The position numbers and the translations under genes are program-made. This document shows, one piece after another, positions 41,118 through 50,087 of a stretch of 64,000 bases of DNA. The stretch lies in the NCBI GenBank assembly GCA_963753345.1, contig CAVWBU010000027.1, forward strand, positions 218,447 to 282,446. Reading direction: 5' to 3'. The notes beneath the pieces are model-generated. The model worked only from the letters and a program-made list of their open reading frames with translations. It did not search any database and was not told where the DNA came from. This DNA comes from an uncultured Fibrobacterota bacterium. Its GTDB lineage: Bacteria; Fibrobacterota; Chitinivibrionia; Chitinivibrionales; FEN-1185. Position 1 is the stretch's first letter, and every line of letters starts with the position of its first letter.

Positions 41118-41981
41118 TCAAAAGCCAATTATCTTGATTTCACCATCCAAATGATGTTCAAAATCGGTTTCCCATCGGGTGGGATTGTTGCGGATATACC
41201 GCCGAATTTGGAACAACGATTTGTCGTCGCGGATGATGTGATCGTAATAATTGCGTTGCCATATTTTTTCAACCCCGCGTTGTCGGGCGACGTTGATTTG
41301 TTTCGTGGATTGGTATTTGAAATATGCAACGATGTTTCCCAACGTCGTGGTTTTCGTGGTTGGTTTTCCCGTGGTGGTTGCATTCGTGTCCGTTGCATTC
41401 GTATCCCCGATTGTTGCATTTGTAGGGGCGTGGTCATCACGCCCCATTTTATGGGCGCGGGTGTCGCGCCCCATATTTTGGTCGCCGCGCCCCGGGAATT
41501 CCGTCCGGGGAAATTCCATTGGGCGGGATAACCCCGCCGTTTCGGATTCAATCGCGCCGGATGATGGCATGATGGGGCGGGATAACCCAATGGGGCGCGA
41601 TGACCGCGCATACGTGGGCCCGTCGGTTTTCAGAATGGGGCGCGATGACCGCGCCCCTACGAATGTCGAATCCCGGATGACGATAATGCCGTGAATATGA
41701 TTCGGCATGATGATGAATTCGTCCAACCGGATATGCGGATAATGCGCCGGCAAATCGTTCCAACATTGACGAACAATAATCCCATAATCGTTTTCGACCA
41801 TTGCGCCGCCAACAACGTCCCCGAATAATTTTTGTTTGCGATCCTGAATGCAAACCGTGACAAAATACGCGCCGGGAAGGGAATAATCGTAGCCGGGCAG
41901 ACGGATGGATTTGCGATTGCCTGCCCTGAGCGAGGTCGAAGGGTGATAACCGGTGTATTTGTTGAAGATGCCAGTGGACAT
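41118..41981 (-). CDS. REP-associated tyrosine transposase (RAYT) / IS200-like Y1 transposase with an expanded repeat linker
   Basis: RLPGYDYSLPGAYFVTVCIQDR, HUH-type MPNHIHGIIVI, and C-terminal LGNIVAYFKYQSTKQI..WQRNYYDHIIR (catalytic Tyr region). Confidence 0.85.
   Translation of the reverse strand: MSTGIFNKYTGYHPSTSLRAGNRKSIRLPGYDYSLPGAYFVTVCIQDRKQKLFGDVVGGAMVENDYGIIVRQCWNDLPAHYPHIRLDEFIIMPNHIHGIIVIRDSTFVGARSSRPILKTDGPTYARSSRPIGLSRPIMPSSGAIESETAGLSRPMEFPRTEFPGRGDQNMGRDTRAHKMGRDDHAPTNATIGDTNATDTNATTTGKPTTKTTTLGNIVAYFKYQSTKQINVARQRGVEKIWQRNYYDHIIRDDKSLFQIRRYIRNNPTRWETDFEHHLDGEIKIIGF
41425..41657. repeat. Cluster of 6-8 bp-stem GC hairpins inside the RAYT coding sequence
   Basis: GGGGCGTG-gtcat-CACGCCCC (41425-41445), GGGCGCG-ggtgt-CGCGCCC (41453-41471), GGCGGG-ataac-CCCGCC (41522-41538), GGGGCGCG-atgac-CGCGC(CCC) (41592-41609 and 41637-41657). 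Confidence 0.75.
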
Positions 41982-42142
41982 TGTTCCGCCTTAAGCACTA
42001 GGATCAGGAAAAAGATAGTACTACGGATTGCCGAGCCCGTGCGGCGTGGGCGTGCCCGTGCAAGGCCGAACCTTCCGTTGCGCGCACGGTAGAAGCACCC
42101 GATTAATAAATTCTTGACGGAACATACCGACGATTGAGCCCA

Positions 42143-42556
42143 CCTGCTGGCATCCCCCGTTCGTCTCGATACAGCCCGTGCTCCGCCCAGGCCACTCGAC
42201 GAACGGTGTACCGTCCCGCCGGTCATCGAGTAGACGCTTTAGGGTCGTATCGAGATGCCGGCCACCCCCGTTCGTCTCGATACAGCCCGTGCTCCGCCCG
42301 GGCCACTCGACGAACGGTGTACCGTCCCGCCGGTCATCGAGTAGACGCTTTAGGGTCGTATCGAGATGCCGGCCACCCCCGTTCGTCTCGATACAGCCCG
42401 TGCTCCGCCCAGGCCACTCGACGAACGGTGCACCGTCCCGCCGGTCATCGAGTAGACGCTTTAGGGTCGTATCGAGATGCCGGCCACCCCCGTTCGTCTC
42501 GATACAGCCCGTGCTCCGCCCGGGCCACTCGACGAACGGTTACCGCCCCGAGAAAT
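42143..42556. repeat. Tandem array, 111-nt unit, about 3.7 copies, each with conserved inverted repeats
   Basis: Unit starts at 42154, 42265, 42376 and 42487, with 2-3 substitutions among copies. IR CCGTTCGTC-32 nt-GACGAACGG within each unit. GTATCGAGA/TCTCGATAC pairs across unit junctions. Confidence 0.9.
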
Positions 42557-42845
42557 CCTTCTTCGCCAGCGAATGCAGCTCATTGTTCCGTTTTTCGATC
42601 AGCGCTTTCTTTTTCGCGTGGCTCCAGCCCTGTACCTGCTTCTCACGATAAAATGCTTCATCGATTCTCGAATATTCTTCGTTGTACACCAACTTTACAG
42701 GGTGCTTCTTTCTCGTGTAATTGGCGCCAAGAAAATTATTGTGTTCCCAAATTCGTCTTTCGAGATTCTTCGTGCTGCCGGTGTAAAATGTGCCATCGGC
42801 ACATTGAAGAATGTACATCCACCCTTTCATACCATTATCCTTCAA
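42540..42845 (-). CDS. Small GIY-YIG nuclease-family protein (YhbQ/UPF0213-like)
   Basis: 101 aa with GWMYILQCADGTFYTGSTKNLERRIWEHN (GIY..YTG motifs and the R..EH region). Confidence 0.85.
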   Translation of the reverse strand: MKDNGMKGWMYILQCADGTFYTGSTKNLERRIWEHNNFLGANYTRKKHPVKLVYNEEYSRIDEAFYREKQVQGWSHAKKKALIEKRNNELHSLAKKDFSGR

Positions 42846-42871
42846 GCTGGATTATTCAGGAATTACAGTTG

Positions 42872-42996
42872 CCGCCCGACGAGTGCCGCTCGCCTCGATA
42901 CATTCCTCCGGAACACTCGGCGAGCGGTATTCGACGAACGAGCTACTTCCCCGCCGGTCATCGAGTAGACGCTTTAGCGTCGTATCGAGATGCCGG
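42872..42996. repeat. Diverged extra copy of the 111-nt unit
   Basis: Keeps the hairpin with compensatory changes (CCGCTCGCC-24 nt-GGCGAGCGG, 42886-42927). The 3' half is almost identical (CCGCCGGTCATCGAGTAGACGCTTTAGCGTCGTATCGAGATGCCGG). Confidence 0.75.
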
Positions 42997-44187
42997 CACC
43001 CGGCCCAAATCCAATTCGCCTGCAAACGCGCGCTGACTGAGGGAAGAATAGAGGTTTTCGAGGGAGGTGAGGCTTTGGGTGTAGAGGGATTTGAGGGATT
43101 CGAGTTTGAGGACGAGGGAGGAGAAATTTTTCTGGAGCGAGAGAGGGGGAATCGGAACAAATATTTTTTCCATTGCGTCTGTATCGAATTTCTTTGTTCC
43201 ATGACCAGCCGTTGTGATTGCCGCAAGAATCTGACGATCCATATTGTCTACACAGTTCTTTAGATAATGTACTGTGACTTCCTTGACAGGAAGTATGGCC
43301 TTCATGTCCTGATTGATGGAAACGTCAACGGTGTTTATTGCAGTTGGAAAGGTATGCGCCAAGATCATTCCGCGAACTACAATAAGCAAATGACCTGAAC
43401 CTATCTTTTTGAGATTTGTTTCGTCAAATACTTTTTCAGAGAGGTAGTCTTGCGCCTTTGAAATATATGGTACCTTCATATCCTTTGGGCTAATCCAGGG
43501 AAACTTTCCAATCCAGAAATCATTTCGTTCTTTACTTGGTGTACCACCGCTGATGAATGTGCCAACCTCATGCATTGGAAGTGTCTTCCACCCCTTCTCA
43601 TTCCTCACCGGGTCCCCAAACATCTCCAGAAACGCGCTCTTCGCCAATTCATCCAGCGCCTTGATGCTCTCTTTGCGTTTGGCAATCAGCTTTTCCGCGC
43701 GGGTGAGAAGGGCGGCGATGCGGATTTGGTCGGCGAGCGATTCAGGAAGGGCAATTCTTATTTGGGCCACATCCGAGGGATACAAATGGATGCCTTTTAC
43801 CTTTGACTTTAGCCATTTCAGGCCTTGCGGTGATTTGATGAACTGGTTAACAAAATCCTTATCCGCCTTTATTGGTCTAATTATCAACCATTCTCCTGTG
43901 GCAATCACACCGTCTATGGCTTCAGGTACTAGCGCGGTCTTGCTGCCAACGTAAGCAGAATTATGGGCAGCATTCAATACAATCGTATCACCTGTGCGCA
44001 ATCTTTTGTTTTCAAATCTCCTATAGAAGTCTGCATCAACGAACGATTCAAACAAGCCCTTGAAATTACCATTCTCGTCAATGTCACGTATTTTTAAAAT
44101 TGGAAGCCCCGAAGACCTTTGCTCGTTTTTTGAGGGCGTTTTGCCATTGAAAACATTTGCAACAGTGCTTAGGAGTTCCTTCTTCAT
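42958..44187 (-). CDS. hsdS: Type I restriction-modification specificity subunit
   Basis: 409 aa with two target-recognition halves separated by conserved helices (..IAALLTRAEKLIAKRKESIKALDEL.. / ..SLYTQSLTSLENLYSSLSQRAFAGEL). ATGA overlap with hsdM. Confidence 0.9.
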   Translation of the reverse strand: MKKELLSTVANVFNGKTPSKNEQRSSGLPILKIRDIDENGNFKGLFESFVDADFYRRFENKRLRTGDTIVLNAAHNSAYVGSKTALVPEAIDGVIATGEWLIIRPIKADKDFVNQFIKSPQGLKWLKSKVKGIHLYPSDVAQIRIALPESLADQIRIAALLTRAEKLIAKRKESIKALDELAKSAFLEMFGDPVRNEKGWKTLPMHEVGTFISGGTPSKERNDFWIGKFPWISPKDMKVPYISKAQDYLSEKVFDETNLKKIGSGHLLIVVRGMILAHTFPTAINTVDVSINQDMKAILPVKEVTVHYLKNCVDNMDRQILAAITTAGHGTKKFDTDAMEKIFVPIPPLSLQKNFSSLVLKLESLKSLYTQSLTSLENLYSSLSQRAFAGELDLGRVPASRYDAKASTR

Positions 44188-45776
44188 CCCACCATCCCCT
44201 CCATCTCCCCCAGCTCCCCCGCAATCTCCTTCTCCATCTTCCTCAATTTTTCCAGAATCTTCCCCGGCTTCTCATACTCAACCTCTTCAAACACATCCTC
44301 TTTATATTTACTCATGCTCAAGTCATAGTTTTCCTTAACGACCTCGGCCTTGGGCACAAAGAAGAATTTCTCCTTCCTGTCGCTCTTCTTTTTCTGGTCC
44401 CGTTTCTTAAATTGCGTCACAATGTCCTGCAAATCTCCGTAGCCTTCCAGCTTTGTCCGTTTGTCGTCCAGGCTGTACCCGTCGCTTTGCATATCGTAGA
44501 ACCAGATGTTCTCGGTTTCTCCGCCTTTGGTAAAGACCAGGATTGCGGTGCTTACTCCTGCGTAGGGCTTGAACACGCCGCTGGGCATGGTAACGACCGC
44601 CTTGAGTTCGCATTTTTCAACGAGGATCTTTCGCGCTTCCACAAAGGCGTTGCCGCTGCCGAACAACACGCCCTGCGGGACAATAACGCCGGCCGTGCCG
44701 CCCATCTTGAGCAGGTTGTAAATGTTCTCCACAAAGAGCAGTTCCGTTTTGGTGGTCCCCAGCTTGAGCGACTCGTTGATGTCGCCTTTGTCTATGCTGC
44801 CCGTAAACGGCGGGTTGGCCATTACAATCTGGTACTTGTTCTGCTCGATAAACGTTTTGCTCAGGGTGTCTTTGTAGTCCACGTGCGGCGTGTCCACGCC
44901 GTGCATCATGAGGTTCATGAGGCCCAGGCGCACCATGGTCACGTCGAAATCGTAGCCGTTGAGGCCCGCGTTGAGGATGTCGCTCACCTTTTTGTTAAGG
45001 CGGCTGCTCACCGAGCTGCGGACAAACCCGTCTTCGTCGGGCCTGGGCTTCTTCTTGTCTTTGTCGAGCTGCGTCACAATGTACTGGTACGCGCCGAGCA
45101 AGAACCCGCCGGTGCCGCACGCCGGGTCGCAAATATGGTTCCCAAGCTGCGGGTCTACAAGCTCGGTAATAAGCTTGATGATATGACGCGGGGTCCTGAA
45201 TTGCCCGTTCTTGCCAGCCGTGGCTATTTCGGAGAGCAGCATTTCGTACACGTCGCCCTGAATGTCCTGGAACGCGTGCCCGCCGGTCTTGGAATCTTTT
45301 TCGATCTCCGCGAATATCTCCTCAATGGTGGACATGGCCTCGACAAGCAGACTGGGCTTGGGAATGATAAAGACCGCGTTCGACATGTGATGGCTGAACG
45401 GCGATTCGTTGCCGTTGAGCGTTTTGAGGAACGGGAACACTTTGGTTTGCACATGCGAAAGCATTTCTTCCGCCTGCATCCGCTTGAACCGGCTCCATCG
45501 AAGCGTCTTCTTGTCCACCTTCTGCTTTGTTCCGGGTATTGTAAACGTGCCGCTGAACCTGGAGACGTACTTCTCGCCGGTGAATTCGGCGTCCGATGTC
45601 CGCTTCAGGTCGAGGTCGTCGAGCCGCTTCATAAAGAGCAGATAGGTTATCTGCTCGATTGCGGTGAGCGGGTTGGCAATGCCGCCGCTCCAGAACTTGT
45701 CCCAGAGCTTGTCGATTTTGCTTTTGAGCGCGGAGTTGTTTTGAAGCACTATTTGTCCTTTTCTAATATCTGCCAA
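44184..45776 (-). CDS. hsdM: Type I R-M N6-adenine DNA methyltransferase subunit
   Basis: HsdM N-terminal domain (LWDKFWSGGIANPLTAIEQITYLLFMKRL), SAM motif DPACGTGGFL, catalytic NPPF. Confidence 0.9.
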   Translation of the reverse strand: MADIRKGQIVLQNNSALKSKIDKLWDKFWSGGIANPLTAIEQITYLLFMKRLDDLDLKRTSDAEFTGEKYVSRFSGTFTIPGTKQKVDKKTLRWSRFKRMQAEEMLSHVQTKVFPFLKTLNGNESPFSHHMSNAVFIIPKPSLLVEAMSTIEEIFAEIEKDSKTGGHAFQDIQGDVYEMLLSEIATAGKNGQFRTPRHIIKLITELVDPQLGNHICDPACGTGGFLLGAYQYIVTQLDKDKKKPRPDEDGFVRSSVSSRLNKKVSDILNAGLNGYDFDVTMVRLGLMNLMMHGVDTPHVDYKDTLSKTFIEQNKYQIVMANPPFTGSIDKGDINESLKLGTTKTELLFVENIYNLLKMGGTAGVIVPQGVLFGSGNAFVEARKILVEKCELKAVVTMPSGVFKPYAGVSTAILVFTKGGETENIWFYDMQSDGYSLDDKRTKLEGYGDLQDIVTQFKKRDQKKKSDRKEKFFFVPKAEVVKENYDLSMSKYKEDVFEEVEYEKPGKILEKLRKMEKEIAGELGEMEGMVG

Positions 45777-47086
45777 CGGCCTTTTCTTGTTGCACCAATA
45801 TGTTTTATTAGGCCTAATTTTGTAAGGTTCCTAAGATGATATTTCACGCCATCCGGCGTAATAGCCAATTTGTTTGCAAGTTCGTTTCTCGTTATGTGCG
45901 GGTCTACACTTATCAGGGAAAGAATTTTTTCTTGGGTAGTTTTCCCCTGTTCTTGGGTAGTTTCTTGGGTAGTCCGCTTAAACGTAACGGTGAAAAAGGA
46001 ATCGAATTTAAAAACCGGCTCCGGATCTCCGGCGGCGGCAAGGGCGTTTTTTATCCGGTTGATTCCGGTGCCCATTTTCTCGATATAGCCGGTGCGATGT
46101 AAAAGCGACGCGATCAACGGGTTTCGCGAAACGCTCAGCGTTCCGAATTTTTCCGGTGAAAGCCCTTTGGGAAGCCCGCCGGGATTGGAAATGTGTATCC
46201 GGTCGTCAAAAATTTCGACCATGATATTGGCGCCTTTTTCAAAATAATCCCGATGACAGGCTGCATTAACAATCGCCTCGCGCAAGGCGACTTCGGGTAT
46301 TTCGAGAATTTCCGCGCGCTGCATTGTCTTGATTTCGTACCGTAGGTTTAAATGTTTTTTCAAGAAAAGGATGGTATCTTCGATGTTGGAAATTAAATCG
46401 GCGGAGAAATCTTTTCTATCAAGAATTGTAATCTTTTCAATGCCTTTGTACAGCGCGCAGGTTATGGTCGCAAAAAATAGATGGGGCGGCAAGTTCCGGC
46501 AGAAAAAAAGGAGTCCTGCATTATTAAGATACAGCTTGTGGCGCCTATGAAGCAAAACCCCCAAATTTTCAAGGACAGCATGGTCGCCAAGGGTCTTCGT
46601 GATTTTTGCGGCGTTTACAAATCGAGTGAGAACCGAGGGATCCAAAACTTTGTTAAGGTCAACATTCTCGTCGACGATTTCATCAAACCGCACTTTGCCT
46701 TCGGATTGGATGAATTCAGTTATTTCCCGAGTGGACATCTTTTGTGAGTTCGCGCCGCTGCGCAAATAGAACCCTTTTGAACAACGATACGGTTTGTTCA
46801 AGCCTTCTTTAACCTGTATAATTAATATGTTTTCGAAATGGGTTATTTCGATTGGGACCGGAGGATCGCAATGGGTGGCCATGTCTTGTATTTGAGAGAG
46901 GATAGTATTGTTCTTTGCAATTCCGGTCTGTACATTGTGGTCATTGATGCCGATAAATATTCTTCCGCCAATGGAATTTGCCATGGCGACAAGTTCTTTC
47001 GAAAGATCGGAATTCACATTTTCCTTAAATTCAAGGGTGAGGCCTTCGCCTTCCTCCAAAATGAGAGCCAATTCCTTCTTGTTCAT
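45749..47086 (-). CDS. AlbA_2 (Schlafen-type) / HATPase_c_4 / winged-HTH protein embedded in the R-M operon
   Basis: N-terminus EGEGLTLEFKENVNSDLSKELVAMANSIGGRIFIG. Middle region REAIVNAACHRDY. C-terminal wHTH ITRNELANKLAITPDGVKYHLRNLTKLGLI. Overlaps both hsdR (1 nt) and hsdM (28 nt). Confidence 0.8.
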   Translation of the reverse strand: MNKKELALILEEGEGLTLEFKENVNSDLSKELVAMANSIGGRIFIGINDHNVQTGIAKNNTILSQIQDMATHCDPPVPIEITHFENILIIQVKEGLNKPYRCSKGFYLRSGANSQKMSTREITEFIQSEGKVRFDEIVDENVDLNKVLDPSVLTRFVNAAKITKTLGDHAVLENLGVLLHRRHKLYLNNAGLLFFCRNLPPHLFFATITCALYKGIEKITILDRKDFSADLISNIEDTILFLKKHLNLRYEIKTMQRAEILEIPEVALREAIVNAACHRDYFEKGANIMVEIFDDRIHISNPGGLPKGLSPEKFGTLSVSRNPLIASLLHRTGYIEKMGTGINRIKNALAAAGDPEPVFKFDSFFTVTFKRTTQETTQEQGKTTQEKILSLISVDPHITRNELANKLAITPDGVKYHLRNLTKLGLIKHIGATRKGRWQILEKDK

Positions 47087-49884
47087 TAAGCCGCCAACTT
47101 TCTTGTTAATTCGAGAATTTCGTTGATTTCGCGTGGAGTAAACAGGCCGCGAATGCCTTCGGGATGCAACACCGTAAAAGGTGATTCTATCAAATCGCGT
47201 TTTTCCACCGTTTCTCTTTGCAGTATGAAATCCTTGAGCAGGTCCAGAAAATCCAATTGCCGTGAGCTGAGGTTCGTGTGGTCGTGGATGAATTGTTCAA
47301 ACGCCTTGCTCACCGTGTCCGGAAAGCTTTCCAGTTTTTCGATGCCCAGGATATGTTTGATAAATTGGATGAACTTTGCCTTCCGGTTCCTGTAAACAGT
47401 CTTGAGCAAGTCTTCGGTGATGTGCGGGTGTTCGTTGTTCAGCAGTTCCGCAAGCTCATGTATCTCTTTTTCGGACACTTGCCTGCCCTCTCTGATCTTC
47501 CGCAGTATCGGATTGCTTTCCGTCAATTCCTTGACAAGCTTCTCCACCATTTCCCGGTATTTGGAAACGCTCACCGCCGAATGTTCCGGCCCAAACTCCA
47601 CTGTCTCCTTTGTTTTCACCAAATCGGCAAAATCGAACTTTGCGGGTCCAAGAGGCACGTCACCGCCATCCCGGTATTTCTGGAGCGGCGAGAGCTTTGC
47701 GCTAAGCTCGTCGAATGTCTCATCCGTTGCCGTGGCCCAAAAGTGATTTGTCTGGGCCGCCCTAATCGTTGTTTCTTCCCTGGCGACAATGTTCACCGAC
47801 AGCGGCAACCCCCCCGCAATCTCAACGATATTGTCTTTGAGCGTCTCGAATTTGTTTTCTTCGCCCGCAAGCTTGGCCAGGGATGCTTCGAGCAAATCCT
47901 TTTCAAACCGCATGGCCTTGAAATCGGTCTGTGAAACGGTCCTGAAAAGCGGCTTGATGCTCGTGCGCATGAATTCGATCTTATCGTGGGTAAGCTTTGT
48001 CCAGAAGTTGTCGTCCTCAATCTTGCGCAGGTCCGTTGCCGCATCGTGAATGGTGACGGAGTTTTTCGGGAGTTCCGAAATCTGTTTGCGGAGCCGGGCA
48101 ATTTCCTTTTTGGCAATGCCGTCGTTGTCCAAGTCAATTGCCTTTTCGATCTTGTCGAGCCGAATGCCCACAAACCGCACGGGAAGCGGAATTTGCGCGG
48201 CTGGCTCCTTGCCTCTGGGATTGAGCTTGAAATATTCGAAGTTGTCCCAGCAATCCAGAATAAGGAACTTGTCTTTTGCAGGGCACCAGGGCTTTATCTT
48301 GTGCGGTTCCAGAAGGCGCGTGCCCCTGCCGATCATCTGCCAGAACTTCGTGTAGGAATACACCGGCTTGGCAAAGACCAGGTTGACTATTTCCCTTATA
48401 TCAATTCCCGTGTCGAGCATGTCCACGCTCAAGGCTATGCGCGGCATGTCGTTCTTGGAAAACTGGTCCAGCAGCCCGCCTTTGCCGTACACGCGCGGAT
48501 CGTCGGAAACAAGGACCTTGGCAAGCTCGCCGCGATACTCCGGGTACAGAGTGTCGAAGATCTGCTCAAGCCGTCGCGCATGCGACATGGAAGAACAGAA
48601 GAATATCGTTTTGCCCGGAAGAACCCCGTTTGAATCCTTGATGCACTCTTCCATGTACTCTCTCACGATGAGAGCGTTTGTGCCTTTGTTGATGACCGTC
48701 TTTTCAATCTCCGTGCCCTCAAAATTGATTTCCTCAACGTCCTTGCCTTCGAGGATCAATTTCTTCTGGTCTTCAAGGGAAATGGTCCGCTTGCTGATGC
48801 CTTCGGCCTGAAACTTTGTATGGATCTTGGTCACCACAAAGTTGCACAAATACGGCGGAACGTTGGCCACCGCTTCCTCGTAGGTATACGCAAACGTGGG
48901 TACGCCGTCGTCGCAGTTGAAAAGCTTGAACGTGTTATGGTCGATAACATCCGTTGGCGTGGCGGTAAGCCCGATGCTTATGGCCTTGAAATAATCGAGC
49001 ACCTCTCCGTATGTATTGTAAATGGACCGGTGACTCTCGTCGATTACAACGAGATCAAAGAAGTGGGGCGAAAGGTTGTTGCCTTCATCACGAATGATAT
49101 TCAGCATCGTGGGATAGGTGGAAACGTAGATGCGCCTGTCCTTGGCGATTTCGATGTCTCCCTGCCTGGGCCAACGCGGCTCGTTGGGCAGGTGCTCCTT
49201 GAAAGCATCCAATGCCTGTTCGCGCAACGCAATCCTGTCAACCAGGAAAAGCACCCGCTCCACGTGGCCTGCGCGCATGAGCGCGTCGACAAGGGCAATG
49301 CACGTTCTGGTTTTGCCCGTTCCAGTGGCCATAACAAGCAGAAAATTTCGCTGTTTCTTTTCGATCCCTTCCATTACCGCGCGGATCGCGCGGATCTGGT
49401 AGTCTCTTCCGGCGATCTTCGTATTAATAAGCTCGTCGGCAAGCCGCTTCCTGTTTTCACGAATGTACTGAAACCGCTCCAGGTCGTCCCGCGTTGGGAA
49501 CCCCACCACTTTTCGCGGCGGGTAATTGTCCAAATCCCAGAAGTGAATTTCAAGTCCGTTGGTGTAAAAACAAAACGGCAGGGCGCAGCCGTACTGCTTC
49601 TTAATGTTATGGCAATACTGCTTTGCCTGTTCCCTCCCTATCTCCGCGTCCTTTGAAGTCTTCTTGGCTTCCACAACCGCCAGCGGCTTTGCATCCCTGC
49701 CAAACAAAACATAGTCGCTGAACTGATGCCCCTCGTACGGCGTTCGCGGCTCGGAAACGCCATCGGGCAAAGGAACGGAAATATCGAATTCCTGGGAGAC
49801 CTGGGTAAGGTTGTTTACGTCCCAGCCCGCGGCGAGGAGCTTTTTGTCGATGAGGTCTTTACGGGTTTGGGATTCGGATGTCAT
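47086..49884 (-). CDS. hsdR: Type I restriction endonuclease/translocase subunit
   Basis: N-terminus TRKDLIDKKLLAAGW, Walker A MATGTGKTRT, DEAH-box VVIDESHRS. The C-terminal helical region resembles the EcoEI-type R C-terminus. Confidence 0.9.
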   Translation of the reverse strand: MTSESQTRKDLIDKKLLAAGWDVNNLTQVSQEFDISVPLPDGVSEPRTPYEGHQFSDYVLFGRDAKPLAVVEAKKTSKDAEIGREQAKQYCHNIKKQYGCALPFCFYTNGLEIHFWDLDNYPPRKVVGFPTRDDLERFQYIRENRKRLADELINTKIAGRDYQIRAIRAVMEGIEKKQRNFLLVMATGTGKTRTCIALVDALMRAGHVERVLFLVDRIALREQALDAFKEHLPNEPRWPRQGDIEIAKDRRIYVSTYPTMLNIIRDEGNNLSPHFFDLVVIDESHRSIYNTYGEVLDYFKAISIGLTATPTDVIDHNTFKLFNCDDGVPTFAYTYEEAVANVPPYLCNFVVTKIHTKFQAEGISKRTISLEDQKKLILEGKDVEEINFEGTEIEKTVINKGTNALIVREYMEECIKDSNGVLPGKTIFFCSSMSHARRLEQIFDTLYPEYRGELAKVLVSDDPRVYGKGGLLDQFSKNDMPRIALSVDMLDTGIDIREIVNLVFAKPVYSYTKFWQMIGRGTRLLEPHKIKPWCPAKDKFLILDCWDNFEYFKLNPRGKEPAAQIPLPVRFVGIRLDKIEKAIDLDNDGIAKKEIARLRKQISELPKNSVTIHDAATDLRKIEDDNFWTKLTHDKIEFMRTSIKPLFRTVSQTDFKAMRFEKDLLEASLAKLAGEENKFETLKDNIVEIAGGLPLSVNIVAREETTIRAAQTNHFWATATDETFDELSAKLSPLQKYRDGGDVPLGPAKFDFADLVKTKETVEFGPEHSAVSVSKYREMVEKLVKELTESNPILRKIREGRQVSEKEIHELAELLNNEHPHITEDLLKTVYRNRKAKFIQFIKHILGIEKLESFPDTVSKAFEQFIHDHTNLSSRQLDFLDLLKDFILQRETVEKRDLIESPFTVLHPEGIRGLFTPREINEILELTRKLAA

Positions 49885-49931
49885 GGATTGTTAAGTCTCA
49901 TGCTTGCCGCCAAGCACAAATCTTGCGCGCC

Positions 49932-50087
49932 CTACCGGGCAAATTGCATGTCGTCGGGTATGCCCATTTTCCTGTTCTCTTCAATTGCCTTTTGAACGGC
50001 CCTATTGGCAAGACGCCTGTTTTCGGTGAACTGCCTCAGGGCCCGATCGCTGATCTTCTTTTTTTCTGCCGTCTTCTTCTTGTTCAT
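49932..50087 (-). CDS. Possible 51-aa basic protein (antitoxin-like?)
   Basis: GGGAGA RBS followed by ATG. Translation MNKKKTAEKKKISDRALRQFTENRRLANRAVQKAIEENRKMGIPDDMQFAR. It is preceded by a start-less ORF fragment whose stop overlaps its ATG. Confidence 0.3.
   Translation of the reverse strand: MNKKKTAEKKKISDRALRQFTENRRLANRAVQKAIEENRKMGIPDDMQFAR

Noticed and set aside
42143-42556. CRISPR array
   Set aside because: Whole 111-nt units are repeated with no unique spacers. The period is far too long, and no cas genes are present.
42134-43036. 300-aa ORF (and the overlapping 157-aa and 163-aa ORFs) with a reiterated peptide AGHPRSSRYSPCSA.ATRRTVYRPAGHRVDALGSYRD
   Set aside because: The 111-nt repeat period is a multiple of 3, so any open frame propagates through the array. 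The composition is repeat-driven, the ORF crosses the oppositely oriented, well-supported GIY-YIG gene, and there is no RBS or family resemblance.
44157-45839. 560-aa plus-strand ORF antisense to hsdM. Similar long antisense ORFs occur at 3281..4072, 5661..6455, 7440..8162, 10140..10796, 19900..20874, 21234..22043, 24903..25691 and 48820..49656.
   Set aside because: These are shadow ORFs opposite strongly supported genes. Their composition is Arg/Gly/His-rich or otherwise biased, and they carry no recognisable motifs.
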